This document shows, in pieces, positions 31,056 to 39,800 of a DNA stretch of 64,000 nt. The notes beneath the pieces were generated by a model. That model worked only from the letters and a program-made list of their open reading frames with translations. It was not told the origin of the DNA and searched no databases. A program made the position numbers and the translations under genes. Origin of the DNA: Alphaproteobacteria bacterium (lineage in GTDB: Bacteria > Pseudomonadota > Alphaproteobacteria > Rhizobiales > Xanthobacteraceae); assembly GCA_005884685.1 (NCBI GenBank), contig VBAH01000017.1, forward strand, positions 147,152-211,151. The letters run 5' to 3'. Within the stretch, counting starts at the first letter, position 1. The number at the start of each line of letters is the position of its first letter.

Positions 31056-32749
31056 GTGCGCAACGGCATCACCTGCGGCCTGTTCACCGTCTCCGCCGGG
31101 CGAGCGCTGCTTTCCTGATATTTCCTGATCGCGGCGCGCGCATTGAACAGAAGGCGTTCCCGGCCCATCCGCTCGGCGAGGGCCGACGACTGGATCGAGC
31201 GCAGCACGCTCGGGTTGAGCGCCGCGAGCCACACCGTGATCCCTTGTTCGGTCATGCGCCGCTCGCCGTCGAGCATCATCTGCAGGGCGGAATATTCGAG
31301 GTCGGGAACGCGGCTCATGTCCACGGCGAGCACGCGCGGCCGATACTTGGCGACGAGCGCCCAGATCTGCTCTCCGACCTGCTGGGCATTGGCGAAAAAC
31401 AGTCTCCCTTCAGGACGCACGATCAGCAGCCCCTCGAAGGTTTCGTCATCCGGATGTTCGGGCGACAACGGGCGCAACACGTCCGCGCCGCGCTTGCGGC
31501 CGATCACGTAGACCTTCGAATTGGCGACCTGGCTGGTAAGTCCGATCAGCGACAAAGCAATCGCCACGACAATGCCCTGCAGCGTGCCGAAGATGAGGAC
31601 GCCGGCAAAGGCGGCGAGCGCCCAGGTGAACTCCATCGTGCGGATCTTGCGGATCGACATGAATTCGGCGGGATCGACCAGGCCGACCGAATAGACGATC
31701 ACGATGGCCGCGAGCACCGCCTGCGGCAGCAGGCCGAGCAGCGGCGCGAGCAACAGCATGGTGGCGACCGCGGCGCCCGCCGTCACCAGCGAGGCCTTCT
31801 GCGTGCGGCCGCCGACCGCCCGCACCACGGCGGTCTGTGACGTGCCGCCGCCCGCCGGCATCGCGCCGAAGAACGCGCCGGCAAAATTCGCCGCGCCGGT
31901 CGCCAGCAACTCGCGGTTCGGCTTGATCGGCGGGTCCGTCTGCTTGGCAAACGCACGGCCGGCGGCGATCGTTTCGGTAAAGCTCATCAGCGCGATGCCG
32001 AGCGCGCCGGGCAGCAACTGCTCGATCAGGCCGAGGCTCGGCAGCGTGATCGCGGGGAGCGATTGCGGAATGACGCCGACCGTTCCGACGCCGAGCGCGC
32101 CGAGGCCGAACATGAAGGACGCCGCAATGCCGGCGCCGACCACGACGAGCGGCGCGGGCGAGTGCGGCCACAGCCGCTCCATGACCAGCAGTGCGAGCAG
32201 CGCCGCAAGGCCGACGGTCAGGGTGATCAGGGATGTCTCCGGCACGTGATGGAGCATGCTGAGGATGTCGCGGAAGAAACCCTCCTTGGTGATGTGGATG
32301 CCGAGCAGCTTCGGCACCTGATCGAGCACGATCACCAGGCCGATGCCGGCCTTGAAGCCGGTGAGCACCGGCGTGGAAATGAAGTTGGCGACAAAGCCGA
32401 GGCGCAGGACCGATGCGGCGACGAGCAGCGCGCCGGTCAGCGCGGTGAGCGTCGCGGTCGCGACGATCAGCTTGCCGGGGTCGGCGTCCGGCACCACCAA
32501 TGCGAGCTCCGTGCCGGTGAGAATGGCGAGCGTCGTGGTCGAGCTGACGCTGAGCACGCGTGACGTGCCGAGCAGTGCGTAGACGACCATCGGCACGAAC
32601 GCGGTGTAGAGCCCGACGCTCACGGGCAGTCCCGCGACGGTCGCATAGGCCATCGCCTTCGGCAGCACCACGGCGGCCGCGGTCAGGCCGGCGATGATGT
32701 CGAAGCGCAATGCCGGCGCCGGTGATGAAGCTTCGAGCGCATGCGCCAT
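31052..32749 (-). CDS. SulP-family anion (sulfate) permease with C-terminal STAS domain
   Basis: 565 aa, about 11 TM helices, with a C-terminal STAS region (...VLAVDMSRVPDLEYSALQMMLD...). Confidence 0.9.
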   Translation of the reverse strand: MAHALEASSPAPALRFDIIAGLTAAAVVLPKAMAYATVAGLPVSVGLYTAFVPMVVYALLGTSRVLSVSSTTTLAILTGTELALVVPDADPGKLIVATATLTALTGALLVAASVLRLGFVANFISTPVLTGFKAGIGLVIVLDQVPKLLGIHITKEGFFRDILSMLHHVPETSLITLTVGLAALLALLVMERLWPHSPAPLVVVGAGIAASFMFGLGALGVGTVGVIPQSLPAITLPSLGLIEQLLPGALGIALMSFTETIAAGRAFAKQTDPPIKPNRELLATGAANFAGAFFGAMPAGGGTSQTAVVRAVGGRTQKASLVTAGAAVATMLLLAPLLGLLPQAVLAAIVIVYSVGLVDPAEFMSIRKIRTMEFTWALAAFAGVLIFGTLQGIVVAIALSLIGLTSQVANSKVYVIGRKRGADVLRPLSPEHPDDETFEGLLIVRPEGRLFFANAQQVGEQIWALVAKYRPRVLAVDMSRVPDLEYSALQMMLDGERRMTEQGITVWLAALNPSVLRSIQSSALAERMGRERLLFNARAAIRKYQESSARPAETVNRPQVMPLRT

Positions 32750-32927
32750 GGGCGGTCAGTGGAACTTGCCGGCCCCCATTGGCCGGCGGACGGCCGCAGG
32801 TTGGGCTTGCCCGACAGCCCGGGGCTATTGCGCCTAGGTGTAATCGGGTGCGGGGCGCGGCGCGGTAAGGTGCGTGCGCGCGGCGACCCCGGGCTGTTTG
32901 CTAGCCCGCTGCCGCAAACTCAGCCTG

Positions 32928-32968
32928 TTCCCTCCCCCCTTGTGGGGGAGGGTTAGGGAGGGGGGTCG
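32928..32968. repeat. Hairpin repeat CCCTCCCCC-CTTGT-GGGGGAGGG plus TTAGGGAGGGGGG tail
   Basis: Perfect 9-bp stem. The 'PSPLVGEG' spurious translation is typical of Rhizobiales intergenic repeats. Confidence 0.6.
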
Positions 32969-33065
32969 CGTAGACTCGCTGCCTCATCGCCTCATCGATC
33001 AGTCGACCCGTCGGTATTGAAGCGTCCTGGCACCGTCGCTGCGCCAAGCGACCTTTCGAGTCGAC

Positions 33066-33094
33066 TTGACAATATTCCTTTGAGAACAGATAGT
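33066..33094 (+). promoter_or_regulatory. Candidate sigma-70 promoter TTGACA-N17-GATAGT
   Basis: Perfect -35 hexamer, 17-bp AT-rich spacer, 4/6 match at -10. No CDS lies downstream; it faces the hairpin-dense region and ssrA. Confidence 0.5.
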
Positions 33095-33099
33095 GAACA

Positions 33100-33530
33100 C
33101 AGCGCCCTTTCCTGCTCTCCACCGCCGTCATGACGCGGGGGGCGAGCGGGAAAGGCCGGGGGACCGGGCCGGAGAACAGGCCCAGACTCCTTCGGGGCGG
33201 ATGCGGATAGCCCGCGTTCGCCGTTGGTCGGCCGATATCGGGCAAGCCGGGCATCAGCCGGTGGAGCGCCGGGAGGCGCAGCGGTTCGGTGGCAAGGCCT
33301 CGCAAGCCTTGAGATCACCGCCCGCGCGCGTCTCGGGACGGGTCTCGCAAACCCGACCCTGCAAGGCGCGTTCGGTGTCCGGCGTAACGCACCGGGCACC
33401 ACAGGGGCGCCGTAGCGCAGCGCCCTGGCGCCTCCCGGCGCTCCATTTCCCTCTGCGGAGGGTGAGGAAAAACGGGACAGGGCAACCCGCGCCCTCGTCA
33501 ACACGGGCCGCGGAGCGTTGGCTTGGCGAG
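33100..33530 (+). ncRNA. Candidate structured non-coding RNA of unknown class (alternative: cluster of REP hairpins)
   Basis: No credible ORF. A 12-bp stem pairs 33106-33117 with 33144-33155. A 17-bp perfect long-range helix pairs 33263-33279 with 33428-33444 and encloses four hairpins. G-U pairs appear only if the RNA is read on the + strand. Confidence 0.4.
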
Positions 33531-33535
33531 AGGCC

Positions 33536-33610
33536 GTAGGGCGGGCAAAGCGCCAAGCGCGTGCCCGCGTCATTTCCGGGGGCGGCGGGTACGCTTCGCT
33601 TTGCCCGCCC
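33536..33610. repeat. REP-like inverted repeat, GTAGGGCGGGCAAAGCG family (copy 3)
   Basis: Arms GTAGGGCGGGCAAAGCG / CGCTTTGCCCGCCC. Confidence 0.8.
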
Positions 33611-33666
33611 GACGAAGGGTTCCGACGGGCTCTTTTTTCGTCAACCTTCCTCGCCTATATTGGCGT

Positions 33667-34050
33667 TGCCGTCCGCAAGGCCGGCTATGGCGATAAACGT
33701 GCGTTGGAATAAACCTATCGGACCCGGGGGCAGTACCCGGCGGCTCCACCAATTCCAGGAGTCAGGAAACCGGCATCAGGGATCAGGACGCAAAGCTTCT
33801 GCCTGATACCCTGACGCCTGATGCCTGATCCCTGATCACGGGGCCGAAACAGGATCGACGAGGGCGTAAAGGACGTGCTTTTGCCCGGTATGGTACCGCC
33901 GTGATGGACCAATCCATAGTTGCCAACGACAACTATGCTCCGGTAGCGCAGGCCGCGTAAGCGGTTTGTAATACCGATACTTAAAGTCCTGACGGGATAA
34001 GCTCCGGCAGGCGGGGTTCGGAGGCACCTGGCAACAGAAGCCTCCACTTC
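33667..34050 (+). ncRNA. ssrA: Circularly permuted (two-piece) tmRNA gene: acceptor piece, excised spacer, coding piece
   Basis: GGAC-CCGGG-GGCAGTA-CCCGG-CGGCTCC-ACCA ends at 33751. GGGGCCG at 33840 pairs with CGGCTCC, including a G3-U70 pair. The tag frame GCC AAC GAC AAC TAT GCT CCG GTA GCG CAG GCC GCG TAA (33922-33960) encodes ANDNYAPVAQAA. CTATAT -10 at 33655-33660. Outer ends are accurate to about 15 nt. Confidence 0.88.
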
Positions 34051-34128
34051 ATTTCACGCTCCGCCTGAAACGTTTGGCGTTCCCGCGCGCGAAGCTTTAC
34101 ATTTCGCTGGTTGAGTCTCGAGGCAGCA

Positions 34129-34743
34129 ATGGCGGTCGACCACATCCGCTACGATCTGTTGACGCAGCAGGCGCTGCGCGCGGTGGTGCGCCGCGTGCTC
34201 GCCGACGTGGCGAAAACCGGTTTGCCGGGCGAGCACCATTTCTATGTCACGTTCGACACCCGCGCGCCCGGCGTGAAGCTCTCCGCGCGCATGCGCGAGC
34301 AGTACCCCGAAGAGATGACCATCGTGCTGCAGCACCAGTTCTGGGATCTCGCGGTGAGCGACGCGCATTTCGAGGTGGCGCTGTCGTTTTCCGGGGTGTC
34401 CGAGAAGCTTCACGTGCCGCTCGACGCGATCAAGGGGTTCTTCGATCCGTCGGTCCAGTTCGGGCTGCAGTTCGAGACGCAGGCCGAGGGTAAGGACGCG
34501 CCGGCGGAGAAGCCCGCCGCAGCGCCGATCGTCGAGGAGCCGAAAGCCGCAAAGCCGCGGCGCAAGCCGGTCGCAGTCGAGCCGGAGGCGCCCGCCGCCG
34601 TCGGGCCGGCCGAGCCCGCCAAGGCGGAGCCGAAGGCGCCCGCGCCTGCGCCCGTGCTGGTCGGCGGCACCGACAGGCCCGAGCCGGACAAGCCGTCCGG
34701 CGGCGCCGAGGTGGTGCGGCTCGACCGGTTCCGCAAGAAATAG
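34129..34743 (+). CDS. sspB: ClpXP adaptor SspB (alphaproteobacterial SspB-alpha type)
   Basis: ...LPGEHHFYVTFDTRAPGVKLSARMREQYPEEMTIVLQHQFWDLAV...FDPSVQFGLQFE... closely matches the Caulobacter SspB-alpha core, with a disordered Pro/Ala/Lys tail. ATG at 34129 has a GAGG RBS (TTG at 34111 is possible). Confidence 0.85.
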   Translation: MAVDHIRYDLLTQQALRAVVRRVLADVAKTGLPGEHHFYVTFDTRAPGVKLSARMREQYPEEMTIVLQHQFWDLAVSDAHFEVALSFSGVSEKLHVPLDAIKGFFDPSVQFGLQFETQAEGKDAPAEKPAAAPIVEEPKAAKPRRKPVAVEPEAPAAVGPAEPAKAEPKAPAPAPVLVGGTDRPEPDKPSGGAEVVRLDRFRKK

Positions 34744-34797
34744 TCAGCCGCGCGGCGACCCGCATCGGCGCGGCGGCCGGCCGCGAAGGGACCGATC

Positions 34798-36189
34798 ATG
34801 GCGAAGACCCGCATCGAAACCGACACTTTCGGCCCGATCGAGGTGCCGGCGGACAAATACTGGGGCGCGCAGACGCAGCGCTCGCTGGAAAATTTCCGCA
34901 TCGGCGAGGAGCGCATGCCGCTCCCGCTCATCCGGGCGCTTGGCCTCGTCAAGCGCGCCGCGGCCGAGGTCAATCAATCGCTCAAGCTGCTCGACCGCAA
35001 GCGCGCCCGCGCGATCGTCCAGGCCGCGCAGGAGGTGATCGACGGCAAGCTCGACGGAGAGTTTCCGCTGGTGGTGTGGCAGACCGGCTCGGGCACGCAG
35101 ACCAACATGAACATGAACGAGGTGATCGCCAACCGCGCGAACGAACTGCTCGGGGCCAAGCGCGGCGAGAAGTCGCCCGTCCATCCGAACGACCACGTCA
35201 ACATGAGCCAGTCGTCGAACGACGCGTTCCCGACCGCGATGCACATCGCGGCCGCGACCGAGATCGCGTGGCTGCTCGACCCTGCGCTCGCACACCTGCA
35301 GGACGCACTGCAGAAGCAGTCGAAGGAGTTCGCCGGGATCGTGAAAATCGGCCGCACGCATACGCAGGATGCGACGCCGCTCACGCTGGGCCAGGAATTC
35401 TCGGGCTATGCCGAGCAGGTGAAGCTCGGCATCGCGCGCGTGCGGCTCGGTTTGAAGCAGCTCTATCCGCTTGCGCAGGGCGGCACCGCGGTCGGCACCG
35501 GGCTGAATGCCAAGCCGCAATTCGGCAAACTGTTCGCGCGCCGCGTTGCCGCGATCACGCGGCTGCCATTCACTTCGGCGCCGAACAAGTTCGAGGCGCT
35601 TGCCTCGAACGACGCTTATGTGTTCGCGCACGGCGCACTCGATTCGGTCGCGGCCGGGCTGTTCAAGATCGCGAATGACATCCGCTTTCTCGGCTCCGGG
35701 CCGCGCTCTGGTCTGGGCGAGCTGATCCTGCCGGAAAACGAGCCCGGCTCCTCGATCATGCCCGGCAAGGTCAACCCGACGCAGAGCGAAGCGCTGACCA
35801 TGGCGTGCACGCGTGTGTTCGGAAACCAGACCACCGTCGCGATCGCGGGCTCGCAGGGTCACTTCGAGCTCAACGTCTACAAGCCCGTGATGGCCTATGC
35901 GCTGCTGCAATCGATCCGGCTGATCGCGGACGCGGCGCGCTCTTTCGCCGACAATTGCGTCACTGGAATTCGCGCCAACGAGGCGCGCATCCGCGAGCTC
36001 ACCGAGCGCTCGCTGATGCTGGTCACGGCGCTCGCACCGAAGATCGGTTACGACAACGCCGCCAAAATCGCCAAAGCCGCACACGCGAATGGCACGACAC
36101 TGCGCGAGGAGGCGGTGGCAAGCGGCCACGTCACGGCGGCGGAATTTGATCGGCTGGTGCGGCCGGAGAAAATGGTGCGGCCCGGATGA
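34798..36189 (+). CDS. fumC: Class II fumarate hydratase
   Basis: [16 protein letters not shown] signature, 463 aa. Confidence 0.97.
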   Translation: MAKTRIETDTFGPIEVPADKYWGAQTQRSLENFRIGEERMPLPLIRALGLVKRAAAEVNQSLKLLDRKRARAIVQAAQEVIDGKLDGEFPLVVWQTGSGTQTNMNMNEVIANRANELLGAKRGEKSPVHPNDHVNMSQSSNDAFPTAMHIAAATEIAWLLDPALAHLQDALQKQSKEFAGIVKIGRTHTQDATPLTLGQEFSGYAEQVKLGIARVRLGLKQLYPLAQGGTAVGTGLNAKPQFGKLFARRVAAITRLPFTSAPNKFEALASNDAYVFAHGALDSVAAGLFKIANDIRFLGSGPRSGLGELILPENEPGSSIMPGKVNPTQSEALTMACTRVFGNQTTVAIAGSQGHFELNVYKPVMAYALLQSIRLIADAARSFADNCVTGIRANEARIRELTERSLMLVTALAPKIGYDNAAKIAKAAHANGTTLREEAVASGHVTAAEFDRLVRPEKMVRPG

Positions 36190-36388
36190 GGGCAGGTAGT
36201 TTGGTCAGGCAGCCCGTGTTGTGATATTATACGTTATGGTGATGTGGCTACCACGATAGTATCGCTCCGTTCAGCCAAGCATGTGTTGCGTGGCGGAAGA
36301 AAATACCATTTGAATGCTCGTAGCCCTGCGCGCTGTTGCGCGCAGGAGAAGCGCCAGTGCGGGGCGTCCGAACCGATGGATTTCCGCG

Positions 36389-36577
36389 ATGGGCGAACTG
36401 GTCAATCTGCACAAAGCCCGCAAGCGCGCTGTAAAGGAACGCGACGCTGAACGTGCGGCGGCAAACCGGATCCAGCACGGCCGCACCAAGGCGGAGCGGC
36501 TGCTCGACGCTGCACGTTCGCAGAAGGAGTGCGGCGTCCTCGACGCGCACAAGATCGACCCGGGAGAGGCACCGTGA
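36389..36577 (+). CDS. DUF4169-family small protein
   Basis: MGELVNLHKARKRAVKERDAERAAANRIQHGRTKAERLL... Start trimmed to the conserved MGELVNL. Confidence 0.7.
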   Translation: MGELVNLHKARKRAVKERDAERAAANRIQHGRTKAERLLDAARSQKECGVLDAHKIDPGEAP

Positions 36578-36864
36578 AATCGCCGGTCGTGAAGCGCTCG
36601 ATCGTGATCGCGGGGCACAAGACCAGCGTCAGTCTCGAGGACGCGTTCTGGATCGGGCTCAAGGATATCGCCACGTCCCGCCACATCACGCTGTCGGAAC
36701 TGGTCGCGCTGATCGACTCCGAGCGCCGTCAAGGCAATCTCTCGTCAGCGATCCGGCTGTTCGTGCTCGATCACTATCGCTCGCTTGCCGGCGGGGGTGG
36801 CACGCCCACCGAATCGCGCGAGTCCGGCGGGCGGCCGGTGATGTCAGCGCTGTATCCCGAATAG
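36574..36864 (+). CDS. Ribbon-helix-helix (RHH_4-like) domain protein
   Basis: VKSPVVKRSIVIAGHKTSVSLEDAFWIGLKDIA...LSELVALIDSER...NLSSAIRLFVL. GTG start overlapping the upstream stop (GTGA). Confidence 0.7.
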   Translation: MKSPVVKRSIVIAGHKTSVSLEDAFWIGLKDIATSRHITLSELVALIDSERRQGNLSSAIRLFVLDHYRSLAGGGGTPTESRESGGRPVMSALYPE

Positions 36865-39800
36865 CGTTTCGAGCGCGGAGCGCGGCGCGGGCGGTGGGGC
36901 CGCTTGAGGCGGCGGGTTCTGTGCGGCCGCCGAGCCCGCCGGCCGCGGCAGACGATTGGATTTGGCGGCGCCCGGTGCCGGACCGATGTTCAGCGGTGGC
37001 GGCAGCGCCGGCGCGGGCTCGGCGCCCGGTGCCGGCGTGCGCGATGGCGCGTGCGGACGAATGACGCGCGGCGTCGCAGCCGCTGGCGGCGCCGGCGCTT
37101 CCTCCGCAATGGCCGGCGGCGCCGGGAACGCGGCGGGGATCGTGCTGGTTACCGCCCTCGCCTCTGCGTCGCGGCGTTCAGCGTCGCGGCGTTCAGCCTC
37201 GCGCCGCTGCTCAGCCTCGCGCCGTTCCGCCTCACGGCGTTGCGCCTCCATCGCATCGATCTGCTTCGCCTGGCGTTCGACCGAACGCAGCATCAGCCAG
37301 CCCGATAGGGTCGAGGCGTCAACGGTGCGCTTCGGCGCGGCGTATGGCCCCTTCAGCGTCACCAATATCTCAGGCCGGATCGCGCTCGAGCCTTCGGTGA
37401 TCATCGGTCCCGACAACGTCAGGCGCGCATCGAGCGTGGCGTCGGCGAGATCGGCGTTCGCCGCGAAGGACAGATCGGCGCCCTGCCCGAGCACGGTCGT
37501 CGGCGCGATGCGCGCCTGCCCGGCATTCACCGTCACGGCGGCATCGAGCCGCGGCACTGCAAGGGCGCCTCCGTCGAGCACCGTCGTGACGATTTCGCGG
37601 ATGCGCGGCGCGTCGATCGCCGCTCCCTGCTCGACCGCACGGATCGCGGCATTGAAGGCTTTCGGATCGAGGCCGGCAAGCTGCGCGTCCTCCAGCGTGA
37701 TCGTGCCGGCACCGGCGAGGGATCCGATCAGCGAGGCGGGGCTAAGTCCGCTGCCTTCGACCTCGGCCTGAAGCGCAACGCGGCCGAGCACGGCGGCTTT
37801 GCCGTCGCTCGGCAACAGCTGCGCGGCATCGCCGCCCAATAGCGAGAATTTCCCGCGCGCCGCAAGCCCGTCCGCGCCGCGGCGCAAGATGAGCTGCCCG
37901 GTCGCGCGGCCATTGGCGAGCGTGCCTTCGGCAAGTTCGATCGCGATCTCGCCTGCGCCAAGTCGGACCGTTCCGCGCGTCTGCCGCGCGACCAGCACCG
38001 GCGTCAGCCCGACACGTCCGGCTGTGAAATCGATGCGCCCTTCAAGACCGTCGAGCGCGCCGTCGCCAAACGGGTCGCCGGCCCAGGCCGGTGCGTCAGC
38101 CCGCGCGACAGAGCGCGGCATGCCGACCGCCATCGCAATCAGGGCCGGCACTTCGATCGTGTCGGCGTCGATCTGGCCCTCGATGCGCTTCGATGTGCCC
38201 AGCCCGAGCACGAGCTTGCCGCGCACTGGGGAGCCGCCGACCGCGCCCGAAATGCTCTCGAGCGCCACCTCGTTCGCGCTTGCGGTCAGCCTGGCGCGCA
38301 TCGCGACCGGCAGCAGTGCGGTCGGTTGCGTGAGCGCACCGCGGCGCAACGGGCTCATGTCGGCCGCCTGCATGGTCAGGTCGACGGCCGTTGCAAACCC
38401 CTTCGCATCGAACAGGCGCGCCGTGCCGCTGGCACTCGCCGCCAGCCCGCCCGCATTGAGCTTCACGTCGACGCGCGCATCGCTGCCTGCGGCGCTGCGC
38501 ACCGCGACGCTCAGCGTCCCGGCACGCTTGTCCACGTTGAGCGCGCGGTCGAGGCCGAGCAGTGCGGTCAGCGCCGAGCCATCGGTCGCGGTGACCTGAC
38601 CATCGAGACGAAACACCGGCAACCTGAGCGCGCCGAGATCGCCCGCCGCCTCCGCGCCGATCTTCATGCGCAGCGTCCCGGCTGTGCCGTCGAGCGCGAG
38701 CGTGACCTTGCTGTTGCCGCGCGGATCGGTTGCCGAGACCGGCTCGATGCCGAGCGTCGCGCGCGTTTTGAGCGGCACGATCTTCGCCGCTGCCTGGCGC
38801 AGCAGATCCGCGGCTTCCGGCCAGTATTTCGTCAGCACCGCGACGGTGCCATCGAGGCCACGTGCATCGATGTCGAAGGTCACCGTCCCGCGCGGCGCAT
38901 CAAGCGCACCTTCCATGCGGCCATTCAGGTTGAAGGCGGCATCGGCAAGGTCCGCGATGCGCACGCGGTCGAACGTCAGTCCGGCGGGATCGAGCTTGAA
39001 TGTGCCGCTCACGCCTTTGACCGCGACGCCGGCAAGGCTCGCGCGCCCGATATCGACGGTGAGCGCGACCTCGCGCGGCCGCTCGATCGCGCTGCCGTCG
39101 AGTGCGGCGCGGGCGAAAGCGAGCATCCCGTCAATGTCGAGCTCTCCGGCCTTGAGTTCTGCGTCGAGGCGCGGCGGCCGTGCGCCGTTCGCCACGTAGG
39201 CGAGCCGGCCTTCGACCGTCTTGCGATCGAACTCGAGCTTCAGCCGCTCGACGGCGAACTCCTGCGGTCCGATGGCGAGGTCGCCGCTGGCGCGCAGCAG
39301 GCCGGCCTGGTGCTGCACGGCGTCGGCGCGGCCTTCGAGCCAGGCAGCAAATAATTTCGGATCGCTCGCCTCGATCTGCGCGGGTCCCTTGAACGTCACG
39401 CCCTGCGGCGCCGCGGCCACCTTTCCGCTCAGGCGTATCTGCGCGAAGCCGGGCGCGCGGAATTCCAGGGTTTCGATGTCCCAGCCGTCGTTGTCGAGCT
39501 TGATGTCGCCACGCATGTTCTGCAGCGTGCCGCCTGCGAGCGTGACCGCATCGACGCCGATGCCGAGCCGCACCGGAAATCGCGGCCGGTATGAAGCGGC
39601 CAGCGGCTCGATAAACGCCTTGAGCGCGGCGAGCGGCAGGCGACCCGATGCATCCGGGAGCGCCATCGCACGATCGAGATCGATCTGGCGCGCCGAGAGC
39701 ACGCTGTCGAAACGCGGCTCCTTTCCGAAACGGAACTCCGCGGTGCCGGTGAGCTTGAGCGCGCGCGCCTCGGGTCCGTAGCTGTATTCGAGCTGCTCGA

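Noticed and set aside
33288-33359. tRNA-like reading of hairpins H1/H2: the 7-nt loop CUCGCAA looks like an anticodon loop with anticodon CGC (Ala), and GCGGTTCGG looks T-loop-like
   Set aside because: No acceptor stem, D-arm or proper T-arm can be assembled in normal or permuted order. I regard the resemblance as coincidental, but have noted it in case a covariance search says otherwise.
33100-33530. Considered RNase P RNA, 6S RNA, and cobalamin, guanidine (ykkC / mini-ykkC) and fluoride riboswitches
   Set aside because: GGAAAGGCCGGGG superficially resembles the RNase P P4 strand GGAAAGUCCGGGC, but the 3' P4 partner (ACAGAAcccGGCUUA) and the other universal elements are absent. No B12 box, ACGR loops or crcB core were seen. 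Left as unknown class.
33093-33539. 148-aa + strand ORF and 193-aa - strand ORF (32992-33573) covering the hairpin-dense region
   Set aside because: Both are Arg/Pro/Ala-rich with no recognisable fold. The + ORF starts upstream of the predicted transcription start. The sequence is better explained as RNA structure or repeats.
33604-33638. Intrinsic terminator for the candidate ncRNA (GCCCG...CGGGC TCTTTTTT)
   Set aside because: Only a 5-bp stem with an 18-nt loop precedes the T-run. The T-run also overlaps the likely -35 region of ssrA. Kept as a possibility in the finding but not listed as a feature.
33667-34110. Genomic island or prophage integrated at ssrA
   Set aside because: The gene immediately downstream is core (sspB, then fumC). 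No integrase or duplicated ssrA 3' end is seen.
36334-36355. Perfect 9-bp hairpin CCTGCGCGC-TGTT-GCGCGCAGG as the fumC terminator or an sRNA
   Set aside because: No T-run on either strand, and it lies about 145 nt after the fumC stop. Function is undeterminable from sequence.
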